Shown: positions 50,937 to 61,216, counted from the first letter of the stretch. The stretch is DNA of 64,000 nt from an uncultured Acetobacteraceae bacterium (GCA_964247675.1 CAXTVW010000004.1:8854-72853), one strand, 5' to 3'. Translations and numbers: made by a program. Notes: generated from the letters alone by a model not told the origin.

Positions 50937-51091
50937 GGCTTCGATTAGACGTCCTCCGGCAACGCGTCGAACTTCGTCAAACCACCATAAAAGTTCTCAC
51001 AGGTGCGTCTTGTTCTCGCGTTTGGTTCTTGAGATGGCACACACAAGCTGCGTGTTGCGGCAAGCGAGTAGCCGCCGCTCTGTCGCCGGGA

Positions 51092-51292
51092 CTACCGGAA
51101 CCATGATAACACTAACTCGAACGCCTGCTGCACGACGGCGCACCGGCTTCCCGTCATTTGCAGGGTAGTCAGGTCGTCTCCCGCCTCCGAAATGGCCAGG
51201 ATCGCTCCTTGCCGGACGGCATGTCTCAGGCCGTCCGCGTCCTTGAACACGATGAAGGGCCCCGCGCGAACACCCGACACGATGTCAGCCAT
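51092..51292 (-). CDS. Small hypothetical protein (66 aa) in the toxin position of a TA-like pair
   Basis: Its ATG lies inside the last codons of the upstream gene (8-nt overlap, ATGGCTGA). No RES or other toxin motif recognised. Confidence 0.45.
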   Translation of the reverse strand: MADIVSGVRAGPFIVFKDADGLRHAVRQGAILAISEAGDDLTTLQMTGSRCAVVQQAFELVLSWFR

Positions 51293-51599
51293 CCGCAACC
51301 TCCCGCGATCGACCTTTAGCGACCAGCGTACGAAGGATAATCTGACAGTCCTCCTCGCTCCTGGCGACGATCGCATTCGGCTCGACACCGCCCAATACGG
51401 CCTGGATTGTGGCCATCCAGGTTCGCGCCCGAGCCGTATCACCGAAAACCCGCTTGGCTATCTGTCCCGTCCGTGTGAGCCGAGACGAGGCTTGCTCGGC
51501 GTCCGTCAGGCGCTTCGGCCGCCCATCGGCCAGCTCGAACCTAATTGGCTGAACACTTTCCCAAATCTGAAATTCGGCTTCGCTCATGGTCACCGGCAT
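51285..51599 (-). CDS. DUF2384 (MbcA/ParS/Xre antitoxin-type) domain protein
   Basis: VFGDTARARTWMATIQAVLGGVEPNAIVARSEEDCQIILRTL fits the DUF2384 C-terminal signature. The start could be 51599 or 51587. Confidence 0.6.
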   Translation of the reverse strand: MPVTMSEAEFQIWESVQPIRFELADGRPKRLTDAEQASSRLTRTGQIAKRVFGDTARARTWMATIQAVLGGVEPNAIVARSEEDCQIILRTLVAKGRSREVADG

Positions 51600-52149
51600 G
51601 TGCGGGCTCCCTCCCGGCGGGCGGGTTGGCAACCCGCGATTGAAGCTTGTAGCGCACCGTGGGGAGGATGTCGACCAATAGTTCGCTGTATGTTCCTATC
51701 GTCAACACGAGAGGCTCCCTGTGGGATGCCAGAAATACGTCTTGTACGATCGGGCGAGACCGCATGGGCTGGTCAGCCGAGCCGACCTGCTCGGACGAAC
51801 TACTTATGCTCGTTTGGATGCTGTCCCGCTTCAGGATGACCAGTATGTTGCGTTACGTCGTCTATATCGGCTGGAGCATGGCCGCACGCCCGTTGCTCGA
51901 GCAACCGTCGAGCTTGGGGTCGGATGCCGACCATTAAGCTTGCCAGGCTCGCCTGCTCGTAGTAGAACATAAAGAGAACACGCGTCGGCGTCGCGAGGCG
52001 GCACTGGAGCAGTAGCGGCTTGTTATTGAAATCTACGAGACCGGCCCCGCACCCGGATGGTCTTCATCAGACGGTAGCTCGCGTCGCTGGGACCGAATGG
52101 TCGCCGAACGAACGAGACCTCGCGATTGAGGGTTTAGAGGAGTTTATGT

Positions 52150-53031
52150 ATGAATTCGTTGGTTTCGCGTACGATGGTATCTGGCGAAGCGAATGCTAGT
52201 GACTGTCAGGTCGGAAACGGGGCGGAAGCAACGCCCGAGCCGTCTTCACTTCCGAGGTCTGCGATTGCTGGAGCGGACACAAAGGATATTCGGCTTGCCC
52301 TCCACAAAAAGGAAGTGGCCGTTGAGTTCGCGGCCATGTTCCTGGACGGTTATCTCACGCCTGCATTCGGCGCGCGAACGAAGCCTGAGATTGACTTGCT
52401 CGTTCTGGGGTGTCTGATAAAGGCGAAAGCCGTGGATCCGGGGGCTCCCCTTTACGACCTAGCTCGCGCGTTGAACATCACGCCTTCGAAAGTCCGCGCA
52501 CTTATCCTAAACTGGCAGTTGCGATCGACCGAACGAGAGGTCGATCTGCGGCAAGCGCTTGCAGCGGCTGTCGTTAAAACTCGCTTCGCCAAGGATGGCG
52601 CCTTGCTGACGTTCGGGATAGAAAATCCACTGTTGCGCGCAGAGGTCGAGGCGCGGCTCAAGCGCAAAGGCGTGTTTGCCGACGCAAGCTTCTCGCGCGA
52701 GATAATACGCATGCCCGTAGAGGCTTTCGTCGAGTTCCTGGACGACATAGTTGAAGAGTCGGCCAAGCGCGACTTGCGCCGTCGACTTGTGGAGGATCAC
52801 CAGATGCCGGACCGCAGCTTCAAAGCCTTGGTTACCGGCCTTCTCGGAAAAATTGGAGAAAAAGTGGCGGGCAAGGCGGGGGAGGCAATGGCGAGCGAAC
52901 TTATCGATCCGCTTGAGAAGATGGGGTTCGGAAAAGCCTCCGGAACTTTGACCGCGTTCTTGTTCCACCTTCTTCGGCAAGAGGGTGCCTCCGCTGTGGC
53001 GGTCTTGCGAAGTGCCGGGTGCGCAGAGTGA
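52150..53031 (+). CDS. Hypothetical protein (293 aa, lower GC)
   Basis: ORF with protein-like composition. No domain recognised. Confidence 0.55.
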   Translation: MNSLVSRTMVSGEANASDCQVGNGAEATPEPSSLPRSAIAGADTKDIRLALHKKEVAVEFAAMFLDGYLTPAFGARTKPEIDLLVLGCLIKAKAVDPGAPLYDLARALNITPSKVRALILNWQLRSTEREVDLRQALAAAVVKTRFAKDGALLTFGIENPLLRAEVEARLKRKGVFADASFSREIIRMPVEAFVEFLDDIVEESAKRDLRRRLVEDHQMPDRSFKALVTGLLGKIGEKVAGKAGEAMASELIDPLEKMGFGKASGTLTAFLFHLLRQEGASAVAVLRSAGCAE

Positions 53032-53826
53032 TCCGTTTTCAACAATTTGACGGCTTCCTAGTCTGACCAGTATCTAGGACGGGTTCGCGAACTTTACGCA
53101 CTTTTGCAACATCACGATGCGGAGGGGTTGATGGAGGACGGAAGCGATACCAGCCCTCTTAAGCGTAGCTAACCGGCAATTCCGTTATCCTCTGCTTCAA
53201 ATAACGAGCTAAATGACGTGCAGCCGTTGGCTTCGCTGACCGATATGCTCGAACAACTGATATCTGGAAGAACCGAATCAAACTAGTCAAAGACGGCGCT
53301 TCCTTGGAAATGAAAGCCTTACTGCTGAAAAGGAAGTGCGACTCGCCGCCTAGGCGCGCTGGCGACCGCGGGATAAGAGTTCCGTTTAGCGACGATACCG
53401 TCAAAAAAATCGCCGCTCGCATAGATGGCGACGTGGTCAGCGCAGCACATGCCTTCTTGGCCGACAAAGTTGGCGTGATCGCAACGGCATGCTTAGAAAC
53501 CGCACCTGTTCGAGTAGAAGAACAATCGCCCAGTCTCGCCGTTGCTATCCGGGTGGTCGCAATCGACTCTGGTAGACGCACCGCCGACAGAGGAAGTTCG
53601 TGAGCTGTGGCACTCATCGATTCGAGCAATCGAAATACTTAGCTGGCTGCTTCAAAGAGCTAGAAATCATGACATAAGTGCTGCCTGCCAGGAGTTGTGT
53701 ATGTCCAAGGTTGAGCGATAGACCGCAGCCGCGAACCCTGCTGCGGTCTATCTCACCGGATGTGACGTCAAACGTGCCGGGCTGGCTGGCTTATCCCACG
53801 CAAGGCGCCCCGCACGCTGTATCGAA

Positions 53827-56800
53827 CTAAAAGATGTGTTGAGCGTCTGCAAACCCTGCGAGGAGTACGTTCGTGCCGTCGCTGAGGAAAAGGGCCGTGG
53901 ATGTCGAACCAACATCCTCGGAGACCACACTCACTCCGTCAAATGACAGCGTGTCGACTCCTTGTTGGAAGCCTGTAATCACGTCATTGCCTCCGCCTAG
54001 CCCGGCTTGGAAGATGTAATCGTTCCCGCCGCCCCAACCCGCGCCTTGTATCGCAGCGTTACCGGAGCCGAACTGCACAATGCCGCCCGCGGCCGAGAGC
54101 CTAGCCGTCAGATCGCCAGAACCTGCGACGATCGTGGCACCTTCGTTTCCTCCCCAGATGTCGAGGTTTCCTGAACCCCCAGTGACCGACAACGATCCCC
54201 ACCCGCCATCTATGCTTGCGTTCCCGGACCCTCCTATAAAGTTCAGCAGTCCGGGACCTTGTGAGAACGAGACGTCACCCGCTCCCGCCTGAATTGTATG
54301 GGAGTCACTTCCATTCCAATCGTAGTCGTATACGTTCAGCTTGCCGTCTCCTCCAATGACTGACGATCCATCAGCGGATAAGACCACGGTTGCTTGTCCT
54401 GAGCCGCAGGTGACCGTGTCCGCACCGTAAGCATCGACGGTGTCCGGGCCTCCTCCAAGGCTAACTGCGCTAGCTTCCCCGGCGCTGGTCGCCACATCTA
54501 TGCCAGCGCCCGCCCAGGTTCCTCCGGTCACGTAACCGGAACCGGTCAGCGTCGCGGATGCAGAACCCTGATCCGAGATGGCGACTGTCGCATCAGCTAC
54601 GGTCACAGTGGTTAGGAGGCCCGCCGTCACACTCAGATGACCACCCCCGGAAACGGTGCATTGGTCGTAGCCGACGCCATTCAGGGTGTCTTCCCCTGAA
54701 AAGCTCAGTCGACTGCTCCCGGAGCTTCCCTCGACGGTGCTGTCGCCGAAAACCGAGATCGTCTGGTTGCCTGAGCCAGCATTGATTAGGTCGTTTCCGT
54801 AAGAGCTGACCAAGTCGGCACCCGAGAGCGTAAGGACGTCCCATGCTCCGGCCGACGTGGAGATGGTGTCGCTACCGCCGGAATCAGCACTGTCGAAGAC
54901 TAGCCCACCGGAACCGCCCTGGATGAAGTCATCAGAGCCGCCCAGGACAGATAGAGCGCCGCTGCCGCCTATCAGGGCGATCCTGGAGACCTGTGCCTCA
55001 ACAGTGCTCGCCTGGTCTCCGCCGTAGTAGGTTATATCACCTGTGTCGCCGCCGATGAGGTAAGTTCCTCCATCTCCGTAGACGACCGCGCCCGCCGTAT
55101 CGCTTCGGCCGTAGATCGACAGGCTACCCGACCCCGCATAGACGGTAGCCGCGCCCTCGACAATCACAGAGTCATCACCGGCTCCAGCATATATCAGGTC
55201 GCTACCGACGCTCATGACTTGTGCGTCGCCCGTCGTCAGATCCAATACAGCTCCTGAAGGACCACCACTGGTCGTTACATGCGAGACTCCATCGTAGACT
55301 TGCACGTTGGCGGCACCGCCAATTTCTGATACCGCGTCTGTGGTTCCTCCTTGCGCCACGTTGAATGCGAAATCTCCGCCGTAGTCCGTGACACTCAGGA
55401 ACCCAACCGAGCCGCCTATCGACGCGTAAGCATTGACGCCAACCGTGACTACGGGGTTGCCGCCTTCACCTGTGATCGTTGCGGTACCGAGCACCGACCA
55501 TTGGTTGTTTCCGGAACCGTCGAGGATCTGTGCAGTTCCCGTAATCTGGCCGGTAACGTTGCCAGCACCGCACTCAATCGTATCCGTACCCTGGCTGTCG
55601 ACGAGATCCTGCCCGCCCAGACTTAACGCGTTGCTTGAATTTGCTGAGGTCGTAATCGTGTTCCCGCCGGAGTAGCCAACCTCGGTGAAATCGAGGCCCC
55701 CGGAGCCACCAATAGCGACTACGTGGCCCGCAATGGCGGTGACGGTCAGAAGTCCCGATCCACCTTCGATCGCGTCGTAGGTGCCGTCCATGGTGATTGC
55801 ATGCGCCTGGTCGTCGGTGATTACCAGAGTATCTCCTGGAAGGACGCCAGAAAGGGTCTGGTCGGCGATAGCATCTCCTTGACCATCCAAGTTGCTCGTC
55901 TCAGTAGCTGGACCAGCTGCAATGTTGCTGGAAGCTATTCCGTCAAACTCGTTGCCTGTGATGTTCGCCGTCAGCGCCGTTTGATTTAGAACAGCAACGG
56001 CACCCTGCCCATAGTCGTTTTCGAACACGTTTCCCGAGACCAGCAAAGCCGAGTTGGCGTAAGGAATGCCCTCTCCGCCGAAATGCACGAACGTCTGGTT
56101 TTGTGCATTCGGTCCCTTTTCAATAAGGTTCCCGGACACCGTGTCCGCTCCGCCGTTCGGCAAATCGATCTCATAGCTTGCGTCACCGGTTGGACCGTCC
56201 GCAAATACATTGTTCTCGATGTCGTTTGCGTATGCACGGCTCTTGAATTCATGACCGACGTTCGCTCCCTCGCTGACGTTGTCGGTGAACGTTACCTTGC
56301 TGACTGCGCCCATATAGAAATTGTGGGTATATCCCGTGCCAGAACCATTATTCTCAAAAAGGCAGTGGTCAACACTCACCGTATTCGTCAGACCGGCGAT
56401 AACGGGTGCGCCAAGTATTCCGTCCTGATTGTTCTCGAAGCTATCGTTCTCGAGAATCATCTGTCCGCCCTCATAGCGTATTCCGGCGCCGTTCCCACCA
56501 TCCTCGTCTGAAATCGTACAGCCAGAAAACCCGCAATTTTCGACCGTGACGTCGTTATCGACGGTCAGTATGCCCTTCTCGTTCGGAGGAGCCTCGGTGG
56601 CGATGAAGTTTGCCATCCCGCCGACGGCCTCAATGGTTATCTTTGTCGTGACCGTGGCGAAGTCGTTGGTGTAAGTGCCAGCGTCTACGAGTATAATGCT
56701 GCCGTCCGGAGCGTGAGCAGTCGCCGATGCGAGAGTAGAAAACATCTCGCCCGCACCGACGGTCAGCACGTCGGGTCCAGCAATCGGCAGGTCCGACGCG

Positions 56801-56886
56801 ACAATTGGTATCAGCCCCGGGTCAGCCGACGCCGTCAGGCTCGGGTCGATGCCAGGTGTCTCGTTCCCCCAAGTAAAATGAACCAT
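53827..56886 (-). CDS. Large right-handed beta-helix protein with Gly-rich repeats and an RTX-like C-terminus (probable T1SS substrate)
   Basis: AGGAGG RBS before ATG 56886 and no signal peptide. The N-terminal domain is of the NosD/CASH or polysaccharide-lyase/epimerase type (GGNGAGIRYEGG.., HNFYMG, GHEFKSRA, SYEIDLPNGG). The C-terminal part has GGGNDYIF / GGGNDVITGF. Confidence 0.9.
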   Translation of the reverse strand: MVHFTWGNETPGIDPSLTASADPGLIPIVASDLPIAGPDVLTVGAGEMFSTLASATAHAPDGSIILVDAGTYTNDFATVTTKITIEAVGGMANFIATEAPPNEKGILTVDNDVTVENCGFSGCTISDEDGGNGAGIRYEGGQMILENDSFENNQDGILGAPVIAGLTNTVSVDHCLFENNGSGTGYTHNFYMGAVSKVTFTDNVSEGANVGHEFKSRAYANDIENNVFADGPTGDASYEIDLPNGGADTVSGNLIEKGPNAQNQTFVHFGGEGIPYANSALLVSGNVFENDYGQGAVAVLNQTALTANITGNEFDGIASSNIAAGPATETSNLDGQGDAIADQTLSGVLPGDTLVITDDQAHAITMDGTYDAIEGGSGLLTVTAIAGHVVAIGGSGGLDFTEVGYSGGNTITTSANSSNALSLGGQDLVDSQGTDTIECGAGNVTGQITGTAQILDGSGNNQWSVLGTATITGEGGNPVVTVGVNAYASIGGSVGFLSVTDYGGDFAFNVAQGGTTDAVSEIGGAANVQVYDGVSHVTTSGGPSGAVLDLTTGDAQVMSVGSDLIYAGAGDDSVIVEGAATVYAGSGSLSIYGRSDTAGAVVYGDGGTYLIGGDTGDITYYGGDQASTVEAQVSRIALIGGSGALSVLGGSDDFIQGGSGGLVFDSADSGGSDTISTSAGAWDVLTLSGADLVSSYGNDLINAGSGNQTISVFGDSTVEGSSGSSRLSFSGEDTLNGVGYDQCTVSGGGHLSVTAGLLTTVTVADATVAISDQGSASATLTGSGYVTGGTWAGAGIDVATSAGEASAVSLGGGPDTVDAYGADTVTCGSGQATVVLSADGSSVIGGDGKLNVYDYDWNGSDSHTIQAGAGDVSFSQGPGLLNFIGGSGNASIDGGWGSLSVTGGSGNLDIWGGNEGATIVAGSGDLTARLSAAGGIVQFGSGNAAIQGAGWGGGNDYIFQAGLGGGNDVITGFQQGVDTLSFDGVSVVSEDVGSTSTALFLSDGTNVLLAGFADAQHIF

Positions 56887-57317
56887 ACAACCTCCTGATA
56901 CGGGTAAGGCGTTCCTCACCCTTCAACTGGAGATTGTATATGATTTCGTAACGGTATGCAAACGATACTTGTCGACCGGTGTAGGTTCGCCGAATGGGTT
57001 AGAGAACTAGCTCCTGCGCCTTCGACATTGTCGATTTCTAAAAGCCCTCTGACCGTCTTTGCCTAGGCGCGTAGCTTTGCTCCGGCCATGAACAGTCTAG
57101 TTTGCCCAATCATGCGCGCCCTCAAGGTCGGTCTTACGACCTAGCGGATCAGCCTGCCCGGCAGATTTGCCAGGAAAGCCTCATGATGCCTTGTCGGCCA
57201 CCCGTCCGTCAAACGCCGCGCTGTGGCATCTCTTGTTGCGCTAGAATTCCTCCCGAATGGCAAGACTTTTCAGGTTGGTCAGAGCCGATCGCAAGACCGC
57301 GCTCGTGCAAGCCAAAA

Positions 57318-57761
57318 TTAGTAGTAACCGGCGTTGGCGACGGACACCGTGATAGCGGTTTTGGACCGGCACCGGGACCAGGGAGCTTACCTTCAAGAGG
57401 TCGAAGCTGCTGAAGTCGTAGCTTGCCGAAACTTGGAACGCTGAGCGTTGCTCGGGTCCGCTTGCGTGCTGACGCTCATTTAGCTCTGCATGAAAAACGG
57501 CGCGTAGCTGGCGAACGTCGTTGTGGCGGCCTGGGTAGCTAGGGTCCCGCGCTCGGTGTCGTTCAGCCCCGCTACTGAGGCGCGCGCACCTTCCGCGGCG
57601 GCGTTCGTGACTGCGATGAGTGAGCCGAAGTAGAGTCCGAACACGAGGATGCCGATCATGATCATCAGCAGCGCGGGCGACACGAGCGCGAATTCCAACG
57701 CGGCCGTGGCCGAGCGGTCGCGGGCAAGAGACATTGTCTCGGGACGCAGGTTGTTTTGCAT
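57318..57761 (-). pseudogene. TadE-like Flp-pilus assembly protein, frameshifted
   Basis: ARDRSATAALEFALVSPALLMIMIGILVFGLYF is a TadE N-terminus. The remainder is scattered over three frames, ending ...TAITVSVANAGYY*. Confidence 0.5.
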
Positions 57762-58715
57762 GACTGCTCCTAATCAAGCAGAGCCGGAACGCCGCATCGT
57801 ACGCAGATCACCGTTACGTCGAGATAGCCTACCTTCACGCCGAGCGTGCTCAGCACCTGATCGGTCACGCTGTCGAGACTGGCAAAGACGGGCGCGAGCA
57901 TGGTCAGGAGGACAAGCGGAAGACCGGGAACGGAGGTCGGCTGAACTTGCAAAACCAACGTCGACCGCAAACCCTGCACGAAATTCGACGTCATGTTCGT
58001 GCTGCTGTCTTTCATTCTTGTTCCGACGAACTCCAGAGACAAAGACCGCGCTTCCGCAGAGAAATGCCGGATCAGCGGCCCGTCTGACGACGCGCTTGGT
58101 TGAAATCACCGAACTGGCGTTTGACTCACCCTTCTGAGGATACCCGGGCTACCCATCGTTGCGATGTCGGTTAGAGCACCGTTGCGAGTAGGTTACAACC
58201 TGCAAAACTCGCCTTTCGGTTGGTGTTACAATTTCCCTCTACTCGCCGTGGTTGGCTCTCCAAGGCAAATACTTCTTGGCCCGTCAACTTTTAAGTCGTG
58301 CTTCGGGCCAAGCCGCGGCAAGAGAGTGACTTTGGCGTCGAGTCCAGTTCACGGGACGGTGCAATGGGGGGAGGCAAGAATTGCGCCCACAAGCCGATAA
58401 TTCGCCAGCTACAAATGCGGTCCGAAGGCTGGCGGACTGCCGGATGTCGCCACTCGAACCACCGTCCGTAGGTGTTCTTGCCGGGGCCAAGATCTTTGAA
58501 GGGCTCGGCGTCGGCGGCTCCGGCAAGGACCGGGCATTGGCAAGGTCCGATGTCGCCCGGAAGATAATCAGTTCCCGCAGTGCCGTCGGTCGGCCGAACT
58601 GAGTCAGACAGGGTAGTCGCGCCTGTCGGGCCTGAACGAACGCGAACATGCTGCGACCGCTGGCCAATTCCTTCATGCACCCATAGGTGTTACGATCCGA
58701 AACTGAGGGTGAGGG

Positions 58716-59696
58716 TTGGTGGGAATACAGGAAGGCATAATTCGGAGCATCGAAGACCGGGTCGACCGACGCAAAGCGGCAGTGAGGGCGCTTTTCGTTC
58801 CAAATCCAAAATTGGAGGAGGCAGGGTCGGTCATTGATGAGACACGAAGGAGACGGAGGCCGGAGGGAAAGGCGTTCTGCTCGCTAGTCACGGGACGAAG
58901 CGGTGTCGGTAAGACACGCCTGTTCGAGAGATACATGGCCATCCAGCCGAGTGCTCTGGATGACGCTATTCCCGTCCTGAGGTTGACCGTGCCGCCCAAC
59001 CACGACGAGAGACGGCTCTTCACGGCAATGCTGCAGGCGCTTCGCGAGCCGATCGTTGAAAGCCAGAGATCGTCCAGGGTGGTCGAACGAGTGGTCCGTG
59101 CGCTCGAGCGTCGTCGCGTTGAATTGGTTCTGTTTGAGGAAGCCTCCCACATTGTAGACAAAAAGGCAGTCGACGCAAAAACGCCCTACCGCGTGACGGA
59201 CGCCATCAAAACGTACCTGCTCGACGGACCCTATCCGGTCCCGATCGTCATGAACGGCATTCCTGTGGCGAAGACCATCTTCGAAATAAATCCGCAGATG
59301 GAAACCCGGCGCTACCGCACGATCGAACTTGAGCCATTAGGCTTTCAGGGCGCCGGTGAGCATGAGCCCTTCAAACTGTTGCTGGAAGCGCTCGAGGCAG
59401 AGGTTGCGTTCGGGAGCCTCTTCCTGAAGGGGAACATCGACGCGATCCGTCGATTTCATTGGGCGACGGATGGCGTCCACGCCAAAGTGAATAAACTGTT
59501 TTGCGAGGCAACCGAGCTGGCGACGCACAAGGGCGCCAATGGATTAAGCTTGCAAGTTCTCGCAGAGGCGTTCGGGAGGATTTCGGACCCGGGTCCCGAA
59601 CCATGCAACCCGTTCCTGAACGAGGCTCTACCGAGGGATAAGCAAGTGTTTTCGTCAACCACGCCGCGGTTGCACAAGCGCCGTTTACGGGAATGA
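58716..59696 (+). CDS. tniB: TniB/TnsC-type AAA+ transposition ATPase
   Basis: Walker A VTGRSGVGKTRLFERY. Walker-B-like VELVLFEEASHIV. It has a TTG/GTG start, and stops lie immediately upstream in frame. Confidence 0.85.
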   Translation: MVGIQEGIIRSIEDRVDRRKAAVRALFVPNPKLEEAGSVIDETRRRRRPEGKAFCSLVTGRSGVGKTRLFERYMAIQPSALDDAIPVLRLTVPPNHDERRLFTAMLQALREPIVESQRSSRVVERVVRALERRRVELVLFEEASHIVDKKAVDAKTPYRVTDAIKTYLLDGPYPVPIVMNGIPVAKTIFEINPQMETRRYRTIELEPLGFQGAGEHEPFKLLLEALEAEVAFGSLFLKGNIDAIRRFHWATDGVHAKVNKLFCEATELATHKGANGLSLQVLAEAFGRISDPGPEPCNPFLNEALPRDKQVFSSTTPRLHKRRLRE

Positions 59697-61216
59697 GCCT
59701 CGTCGGCAGGCTGCCTTTCCCCCCGCAATTTGACGAGAGCCTTCGAGGTCTGTTGCTGCGCCTGGCAGAGGACAACCTCTGCTCGGGCAAGGAGTTCGAA
59801 GCCTGGCTGGAGGTGAAGCCCGGAACCGGCTTTCCGGAGACCGCCCTGGCCATGGTCGCCGGAAAACTCGGGATGGAGGTTCCCGCCCTGAGCTCGATGG
59901 GCCTTGCACACGACCGGGACCAATCCGGACCGGTCGGCCTGGCCCGACTGGCGGAGTGGAAGCCCTTTGCGAGAATGCGTTGGTGTCCCGCTTGCCTTTC
60001 CGAAAAGCCATATCACCGCCGGGCGTGGAGCTGGCCCTTTCTCAGGGTGTGCCCCGTGCACAGGATGAAGTTGAGGGACAGCTGTGCCGAGTGCGAGGCA
60101 ACGGGCGTCTCGGATTTCTTCACCGGCTGGCACCGGACAGGTGTTACAACTTGTTTCGCCGGGCACTCCCTTACGCACCAGCCGACCGAGGCTGTCCCGG
60201 AATGCGTCGGCGCCGCGGCCGTCTACCGGATGTGCGGATTGCACTGTGACGGTCCGGACCTGCCTACGGAGTTCGTCGGCCGCCCCTTCGGGCAAACGAT
60301 CGAGTTCTTCATCGCGCTCGGCTTCCTGAACCAGGTGGTGGCCAACCGAAACAACAATGAAGTCGCCAATGTCGCACACGCGAGAGACTACCGCCTCCTC
60401 GAGGCGGGCGTGAGCATCGCCCGTGGCTGGCCGGACACCTTCGACCGCTTGGCGGAAGCGGTGCGCCTGGCCTACGGCTCGCGGCGTTCGCTGCTCCGCC
60501 AGTATGGCAGGTTGTACACCTTTGCAGCCTCGGGCGCTCCCGAAGCCTACCTCCCGATGGTCAGGGAAGCCTTCGCCGCGCACCTGCTTCGCAGGCCGGA
60601 CGGACCCGGCGACAGGTGGCCGGACTTCCTGCCGCCGCGGTCCGACCTTGGAGAGACTCTCGACCTGGAAGAAACAAGGCGTTTTCTGTGCCTGAGCAGG
60701 GTGTCGTTCGCCCGGCTGGCCAAGACCTCGATTTGGAAGGAAATTCCAGCCTGCGCCCCGGACCGCTTCTACCGCTCCGACGTGTTCGCGCTAAAAAGCC
60801 GACTGTCGCGATGCGTTCCGATCGAAGAGGCTCAGAGGAGGCTTGGGCTCGAGACTCCTCAGGAGACCGAAGAGTTCTTGCGTGTTGCAGCCGTTGCACC
60901 AATTGCCTGGGCACGCCGGGCAAAATACTTCGCCCAGAACCGCACCTTCGAACTCGACGACCTTGAACGTGCACTGGCGCGTGTTCGTCAAGCCAGACGG
61001 CCGTCCGCGCCTCTCCGTCCGGTCAATTGGAAAGCTGTCATGCAGCGGGTTTGCGGTCGTAGTGACGCCGCAATCGGCAAGCTGCATGCGGCTCTGCTTT
61101 CGGGCCGATTGCAGGCCTACTTGGCGCATGCCGATCGGGAGGGGCTCGAAACGATGACTTTCGAGGAGGCGGAAGTAACGGACTTGGTGGGTGAGCTCGC
61201 AATTTCGGATTGCTGA
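59693..61216 (+). CDS. tniQ: TniQ-family transposition target-selection protein
   Basis: ATGA overlap with tniB. LPFPPQFDESLRGLLLRLAEDN, and the zinc-ribbon WCPACLSEKPYHRRAWSWPFLRVCPVHRMKLRDSCAECE. Confidence 0.85.
   Translation: MSLVGRLPFPPQFDESLRGLLLRLAEDNLCSGKEFEAWLEVKPGTGFPETALAMVAGKLGMEVPALSSMGLAHDRDQSGPVGLARLAEWKPFARMRWCPACLSEKPYHRRAWSWPFLRVCPVHRMKLRDSCAECEATGVSDFFTGWHRTGVTTCFAGHSLTHQPTEAVPECVGAAAVYRMCGLHCDGPDLPTEFVGRPFGQTIEFFIALGFLNQVVANRNNNEVANVAHARDYRLLEAGVSIARGWPDTFDRLAEAVRLAYGSRRSLLRQYGRLYTFAASGAPEAYLPMVREAFAAHLLRRPDGPGDRWPDFLPPRSDLGETLDLEETRRFLCLSRVSFARLAKTSIWKEIPACAPDRFYRSDVFALKSRLSRCVPIEEAQRRLGLETPQETEEFLRVAAVAPIAWARRAKYFAQNRTFELDDLERALARVRQARRPSAPLRPVNWKAVMQRVCGRSDAAIGKLHAALLSGRLQAYLAHADREGLETMTFEEAEVTDLVGELAISDC

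Noticed and set aside
57770-58042. A 90-aa minus-strand ORF next to the TadE remnant, considered as a TadG/TadF fragment.
   Set aside because: No diagnostic motif was found, and adjacency alone is insufficient.
58164-58715. A possible decayed tniA/tnsB 3' end upstream of tniB. One frame contains YDPKLRVRV, reminiscent of the YDPRDLSRI motif.
   Set aside because: The match is a few residues only. It sits too close to the tniB start to leave room for the remaining about 100 residues of a TniA C-terminus, and no other transposase motif is visible in any frame.
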